Part shown: positions 26,235 to 32,000 of the stretch, piece after piece
Numbering within the stretch: the stretch's first letter is position 1
How the letters are laid out: every line of letters starts with the position of its first letter
Assembly (NCBI GenBank): GCA_051710585.1
Contig: JBPESP010000001.1
Coordinates: 470,156 to 502,155, forward strand
DNA length: 32,000 nt
Reading direction: 5' to 3'
Source of the DNA: Sodalis sp. (in: enterobacteria)
Lineage (GTDB): Bacteria; Pseudomonadota; Gammaproteobacteria; Enterobacterales; Enterobacteriaceae
The notes under the pieces: model-generated
The model's database searches: none
What the model was told of the DNA's origin: nothing
What the model saw: the letters and a program-made list of their open reading frames with translations, nothing else
Translations under genes and position numbers: made by a program

Positions 26235-26444
26235 ATGGCAAAGATTAAAGGTCAAGTGAAGTGGTTCAATGAATCTAAAGGCTTCGGTTTCATCACTCCA
26301 GCCGATGGCAGTAAAGACGTGTTTGTTCACTTTTCCGCTATTCAGGGTAACGGGTTTAAAACTCTAGCTGAAGGTCAGAATGTTGAATTTGAAATTCAAG
26401 ATGGCCAGAAAGGCCCTTCAGCAGTTAACGTAACTACTCTGTAA
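26235..26444 (+). CDS. cspC: Cold shock-like protein CspC, intact (69 aa)
   Basis: [69 protein letters not shown]; RNP1 (KGFGFI) and RNP2 (VFVHF) motifs; nearly identical to CspC as remembered; yobF directly upstream. Confidence 0.97.
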   Translation: MAKIKGQVKWFNESKGFGFITPADGSKDVFVHFSAIQGNGFKTLAEGQNVEFEIQDGQKGPSAVNVTTL

Positions 26445-26492
26445 TCCCGGTTTTTGTAGTAACAGTCGGTTATTTGACTGACGGATAACATC

Positions 26493-26536
26493 TAATTCCC
26501 CCTGCTAAAACGAAGCTAACAGGGGGAATTACTTTT
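26493..26536 (+). terminator. Likely Rho-independent terminator of yobF-cspC
   Basis: Perfect 12-bp stem TAATTCCCCCTG (26493-26504) / CAGGGGGAATTA (26520-26531), 15-nt loop, followed by CTTTT; about 50 nt after the cspC stop. Confidence 0.65.
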
Positions 26537-29500
26537 GGATAATATTTTCTCTGGTTTATCCCGGCATTTTTTCTTTCGGCTGGTATGTCTCTCTTATTCT
26601 GCAATCAAATATTCCCCTACACACCTGCTTAAACCGCAATATTATCCGGCAAAACTATATTGCTCACTTCTTGCTATTTCGGCGAAATAGTATAGAGCAT
26701 CACGGCTATTGTAGGGGTGGCTAGTCAATCCCTCGTGCAATAAAATGCGTAATGACTCTAAATCCAGATAGTACGAACGCGGCATGATAACTGCGGTGGG
26801 TAACGCTTTTGTTGTTCCTTGACTTTATTGATTAGACACCTGACTGACTTCATATTTTAAATATAGGTTTACTTACTATAGGGTGATCATTTCAAGAACT
26901 ACTACCATGATGGTTTACTGTTCGCTGCATCAAGCGTAGCGTCAGATTCCATGAGGATTTCTGCTAGACTGGTTATTGCGCTAACGTATCTATCGAAAAT
27001 ATATAGAATAAGCATAAGCAAAAAGAGTTGTTAGTAGTGTATCAGGGAAAAGCGATAATGACTCTGTCAAGCTCTTAGAACACACAGCACCCCGTTCAGG
27101 GGGGGAGATGTACTCGTAGCCCTAAGGGCGGTATCATGAACTTGTTTCTTTTATTGCAGTTTTGTTTTTGAGGACTGAAGCCTTTCTGGTATGAACGATG
27201 CCTTGCCGCAAGAGGTGTTTTACAACCTTGGAGGATAGAAGTAGAAGGGAAAGAAATAAGTGATTATCGTAGAAATATATATAACGATGCAAAAGATTCT
27301 GAAGTCATTTAAACACTAAAGTTGTTTATATTTTATATACTCTAGTTATTTTTGCAAAAAAAATAAGGGAGAATTATGGATAATTAACTTATGTTTGCTA
27401 TAATGGTTTTTTTATTAAAAATATTGAAGGTTAAATAATTTATTATGAATATCTTTTGAATATATGTTTTCCGAAACTTTCTTAATCTAAATAATTATTT
27501 TCCTATTATCGAGGAAAAGCTAAATTACTGATGATTTAGTATTGTCCTGAGTCAACTTTACACTATTTTCTTTAATATTTCAGCTAGGTAATTGTAGTGG
27601 CTAACCAAAAATTCCGCTGCGTTAGAGTTTTTACAGTATCTATTTTCCTAATTCTTTTTTTGGCAGAAACTAACTGTGCCATATTTATATGGGCTGTGTA
27701 ATATTCCACGATATAGTCTATAATTTCATAAACTTTTCACTGAAGCTTATATCTAGTTTCGCCTGTTAGCGAAATTCACTCATTTTATAAACCTCTAAAG
27801 AACTACTCTATTAGAGCAATTAATACAGCACTTACCCGCCGATCTATATTTTGTTTGCAGTAGCACATTAAAATATAAATATATTTTAATATATGAAAAT
27901 TTTAGAAGTGCTAACAATGGAGTTTTAAGAAGTTATTTTTCGGTGAAAATTACCAATTTAATCGGTAGGTAATTTTACTTTCGGTGCAATCCAGCATCGT
28001 TATGACAAAATTTAAGTCCTGCGTATTACCGCTTACTTGTAGAGGCACCTACCAGATTTCGCCGAAACCTATCATTTATTCCTGATTGAATCAAGGTTGA
28101 TATTGTTACCATCGTGTCACCTATTGGTCTTGTGCGGATTTCTGAAAGTGGTTTTTTAGTGTAGTGTCCTGTATGCACTACGAACTTTGCGATTTGTTCG
28201 GCGTTTAAGATCTTTAACAGGGGGTACTTTAGCGATTTTAGACCTAGTGGTGGTCACTCCAAATTTGGCATTCGCTGCTTAAGCGCCTTTATCTGTCGCA
28301 GTTTTTTTCTATGCTTTTTCTTGGTCTTGGTGGCCTCGTTTGTATCACGTTCTTAATCCCAGCATTATTTTCTACTTAAGGTCCGGCGCTAGTATCTATG
28401 CGGGGTTATCTTCAGGAGTAGTAACCCTGAAGTCATCAGTAGTGCAATTTGCACATTTCTTCACTGTGCGCTATATGTAGGGTTACTCAACCCTAATTCA
28501 GGGGTGTTTAGATGTATCGGTATTGCCTGTTTTAGCATGGCCGTCATCCCTCTTCGCCGTGTTATATCGCGCAAGTGTAGGGGGTTTAGTCTTACTTGAG
28601 TTTTGTAGTGTGTTAGTTGCCAGTCAAGTGATATGTTTTTTTTGGCGCCATATGTGGTAGATTGCTTGGCGTTATCCTGCGCAGGGATAGATCTCGCGTT
28701 ATCTGCTCTTGCCTACATTGATGACATTAATAATCTTGCTGGCATATCAGCACACGCCCCGCTATCCTACTTACTTTTTTATTCATGGTTTCTCCAGGTA
28801 ACTGATTTATTATATTACCTTAATTATAGTAATTAGTTTACTATTACGTAACCCCACTAATCTAGTTTTTTAACTTAGACAATTTTAAATACGTGGTCCC
28901 ATATCCACATATAAATTACAGAAATTAAGCTGTGTGCTCAGTATTTTATATAATTTATTTCTTATTTCTTATTTCTTCATACATATTTCCTGTGCCTCAC
29001 ATATGACTTTAGTATATGGTTATGATCTACTAGTCTGTGCGATAGAGACTAGTATTTGGTCTACAAATAAAGTAAGTCTATTTCTTTAGTTCCACTGGAT
29101 ACAATAACGCAATTACTTATGTTGCGTCACAACAAGAGCAACCGTGAACATGTAACTATTTATTATAATAGTTTTTTAAGGATATTTTTCTGTTTAATGA
29201 TAGTTGCGTGTTGTTTAAAGTGCTTTAAGTCTAGCCTATTCGAATTTACGTAGAAATAGCAGTAGGCGCCTAGGCCTCTTATTCAACAATGAGCATATCA
29301 ATAAGATTTACGGCGGTTTCTCCGTCGGCACCGTAACTACTGAGGAAAAAATGAAAGAGATCATCTTCTCACATCGGATCTAGGTGAGATTCGCCCGCGG
29401 CAATTTAAAGGTTAAAAGGGTAATCTGGAATAGTGGCATTCAGAAGAAAATTCATCCACTGTGCCATTATATATTATCGCAATTTCATCACTATCGCATA

Positions 29501-30151
29501 GACAGTGGAATCGCTAATAGTAAACTTTGATACTAATACGCAAAATATAATAAACGTCAATAATGTGGTGACGTGACGCTACTGGTGCGGTCATGCTATC
29601 GGCTGATATTACTGTAGAATGATATCTTGTATAACAGAATTTAATTTCGTCATTATTTTTAAGACTAAAAAAAATCAGGCACCTGCCAGATGGTTTCTAT
29701 TGTCTCATCCTATAAATATTTATGGATTATCATGATAAATCAATTAATGTTTTATGTTTTTTCATGTTGATTTTTTATCAAATGGAATTAGTTAATATTA
29801 TTAAAATGCCTCTTTAATTACAGCGAAAATATAAAGTGCTAGATACCTTCTTTATGGATTTCATGAGTAATAAACCCGGAATTTTAGTATTGTGTATCTT
29901 ATAAATTTTATATGGCGTTCATACAGTGAGGCCAGAGTGAGGGTAGCGTCATGTTCGGCAAGAAAGTGGCAAACCTAGCTTTGCTTAAAGTAAAGCAGAG
30001 CTTAAGAATTTCATAAAAATAATAAATTTTATTTTTATTCATGATCAAACCATAGTTTGAAACCATATGAAAATTTATAATAAAAGATAGAAAAATGGTT
30101 GTAAATAGCGATATTAAGTTTAATAATTAGAAAATTATAATAAAGGATCTT

Positions 30152-30183
30152 TTTTTTGATAGTCTATTCAGACTATCAAAAAA
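30152..30183. repeat. Perfect 14-bp inverted repeat, 4-nt loop
   Basis: TTTTTTGATAGTCT - ATTC - AGACTATCAAAAAA read directly. Confidence 0.95.
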
Positions 30184-30885
30184 GTGGAATGTTCTAAAAA
30201 ATTAAGCCACTATATATCTTATTTTAATATTTTAATTTAATTCATATTTTTATAATAAATATCTAAAGGCGTTTTTAACTACTTTAAAATCTTCTTCTAA
30301 TACAGTTAGTTGAAGTTCAGAATCTTTAAAAGATCTGTAAAGAACTTTATTAAAGGATTTTTTAGCTTAACCTGTCGTTTAACTTAAAAATCCAGAAATG
30401 ATTTCACCTATCATACTAGAGGTTATATTAACAATACGGTAACTCTCCATGAGAGTAAAATTAGAATGAGTACGTGAGGACCACCTAAGAGCAGAGGAAA
30501 TCAACGTAGAGATTTTTAAATTCCACATTCAGTTAAATGGTTTTATAGGTTCCAAAGTAGAGGATAGCTCTCAATGGTTTAAGCAGCGCTCTGTGGTAGC
30601 TAGTGTTAAGTTGGTGGAATGGTAGAATACGATTGCCATTAAAGCGAATATCGGTATGAATATCTTTATACTTTACCAATGTATTAATTAGTTATTTCTT
30701 GCTAAGAAATATAACTTAGCCCACGTCTATCCAGTTTTCTTTCTAAAGAAAATACTTTACGTTTAAATTGCTTAAACAAAAAAATCGGCTTTTTAGTTAA
30801 AATATATGCTCTAAAAAGGTATTTGTAGTTGATGCTGATACGATATAAAGCCGTAGATTGCCCCATCGATTGCGAAATCGTATTA

Positions 30886-30924
30886 TAATATCACTAAAAG
30901 TCAAAATGACTTTTAGTGATATTA
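30886..30924. repeat. Perfect 18-bp inverted repeat, 3-nt spacer
   Basis: TAATATCACTAAAAGTCA - AAA - TGACTTTTAGTGATATTA; flanked by outer 7-bp arms AATCGTA (30876-30882) / TACGATT (30930-30936). Confidence 0.95.
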
Positions 30925-31935
30925 ACCGGTACGATTAAATATCTTGTTGTGCTGACCGAACAGTATCATCAGCTAAAAATTAAACACTATATTGTGATTA
31001 TATAGCTAAAAGTTAACTCTAGTTACATATTATTGTTGATATTAGACTCAAATATCCCAGCCATATCACTTAAACTCTAGCTACGCTGAGGGGGTCATGC
31101 AGCCGGCACAAGAGACATAAAGTCACTGTCCTGATGGACGAATACAGGTTAACTAAAAAAAGAACACTTGTCACCTAAACAGACAAAAGCATCATTTCAT
31201 ACCTTTATCTATTCCTATTGTATTTACTGTTAATAGGGTAAATTTTATCCTTTCATCATCCAGGAGAATAGTGGTTTTAATGTAAATTAATGGGTTAAAC
31301 TGATGAATAGTATTATATAAATTCCAATTATTATTTAAATGTTTATCAAACATAAACTGAATGATAACAATAGTAAAAATGATAATAACTTATTTTTGTT
31401 ACTTTTTATTTTAAACTTGATTGGTTCTCGGGGGTATCAGTTCAGCTTGAATGCTGCAGTGTCGGTGTATAATATAGGATGTGTTGTGAATGGCAACTAT
31501 TACCTTTTTCAGTATTTTCTGCGCCTTTTAGAGCCTTTTACTACGCCGAGAAGGATGAGACGGCGCAAGCCAAGCTAGGTATCAGTGCGTTAAGGGAACC
31601 TCCTACTTCATTCTTACGTTGTATCTCGAGTACCAACAATTACCTTCCGCGCTGTTATCGCGTAATGTAAGGTTAAATCAATAATCGTATTGGCTAATAC
31701 TCTCTATAGCTTCTCATGCTTTCTTTCTGGAATTTTAGATAAGTGATAAAAGCGGCTAGGAAAACGCTGCCTGCGATTGATCACTCTTTGGTGTATTATA
31801 AGTCTGTTACTGATAGCGCAGGAGATTATCGTGCTGCAATTGTTTCCAGATGATGCATTAGGGTGCAAAGTCGTGGATTAACAGGATAGAATGGTAGGTT
31901 AGCATAACCGTTGATTGTTTTACCAAGGAGCTATC

Positions 31936-32000
31936 ATGTCAATTATGGTAAGTACTCTGTACCGCGACATGCTGAATTTTTTCCGTAACCAGTTTGCTAG
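31936..32000 (+). CDS. yciC: YciC-family inner membrane protein, 5' end only (runs off the window)
   Basis: AAGGAG Shine-Dalgarno at 31925-31930, then ATG; MSIMVSTLYRDMLNFFRNQFAS, cf. remembered E. coli YciC N-terminus [20 protein letters not shown]. Confidence 0.75.
   Translation, partial: MSIMVSTLYRDMLNFFRNQFA

Noticed and set aside
26642-26800. Minus strand peptide-like stretch (ESLRILLHEGLTSHPYNSRDALYYFAEIARSEQYSFAG*)
   Set aside because: Open for only about 50 codons, no clear start, family not recognised; could be chance, so not called.
27940-28080. Possible riboswitch-like region with several short complementary segments
   Set aside because: Compared with the remembered FMN riboswitch core; conserved motifs are missing.
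30609-30680. tRNA-like start (TTGGTGGAATGGTAGAATACG)
   Set aside because: No matching acceptor stem, no GGTTCRANYCC T-arm at the right distance.
1-32000. CRISPR array, retron, toxin-antitoxin, prophage or IS element
   Set aside because: No regularly spaced repeats, reverse transcriptase, transposase, integrase or phage structural frames could be read anywhere in the window.

Overview
This 32 kb window is mostly non-coding, AT-rich, decayed-looking DNA with a few intact enterobacterial genes. I see no novel multi-gene system. Intact CDSs: nadE (119-943 +), a DHA2/EmrB-QacA-type MFS transporter (6911-8377 -), fumC (12149-13540 -), htpX (21014-21895 +), yobF (26077-26211 +, absent from the supplied ORF track), cspC (26235-26444 +) and the first 65 nt of a yciC-like gene (31936-32000 +, also absent from the track). 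Intact CDSs total about 4.9 kb, roughly 15% of the window. By reading across frames I also recovered pseudogenes of proQ (18361-18910), prc (18930 to about 20770) and probably yebO (23751 to about 23930). Together these give the order proQ-prc-htpX-yebO-yobF-cspC, known from E. coli and relatives, in an advanced state of erosion. This fits a host-restricted enterobacterial symbiont undergoing genome reduction (Serratia symbiotica- or Sodalis-like; taxonomy is inference). The points most worth a second look are several long perfect hairpins in otherwise decayed spacer (18-bp stem at 30886-30924, 13-bp stem at 16079-16110, 14-bp stem at 30152-30183), a multi-stem element at 16755-16825, the asymmetric loss of prc and proQ next to intact htpX, and the intact exporter isolated in decayed DNA. 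Comparisons with E. coli proteins are from memory, not from a search.
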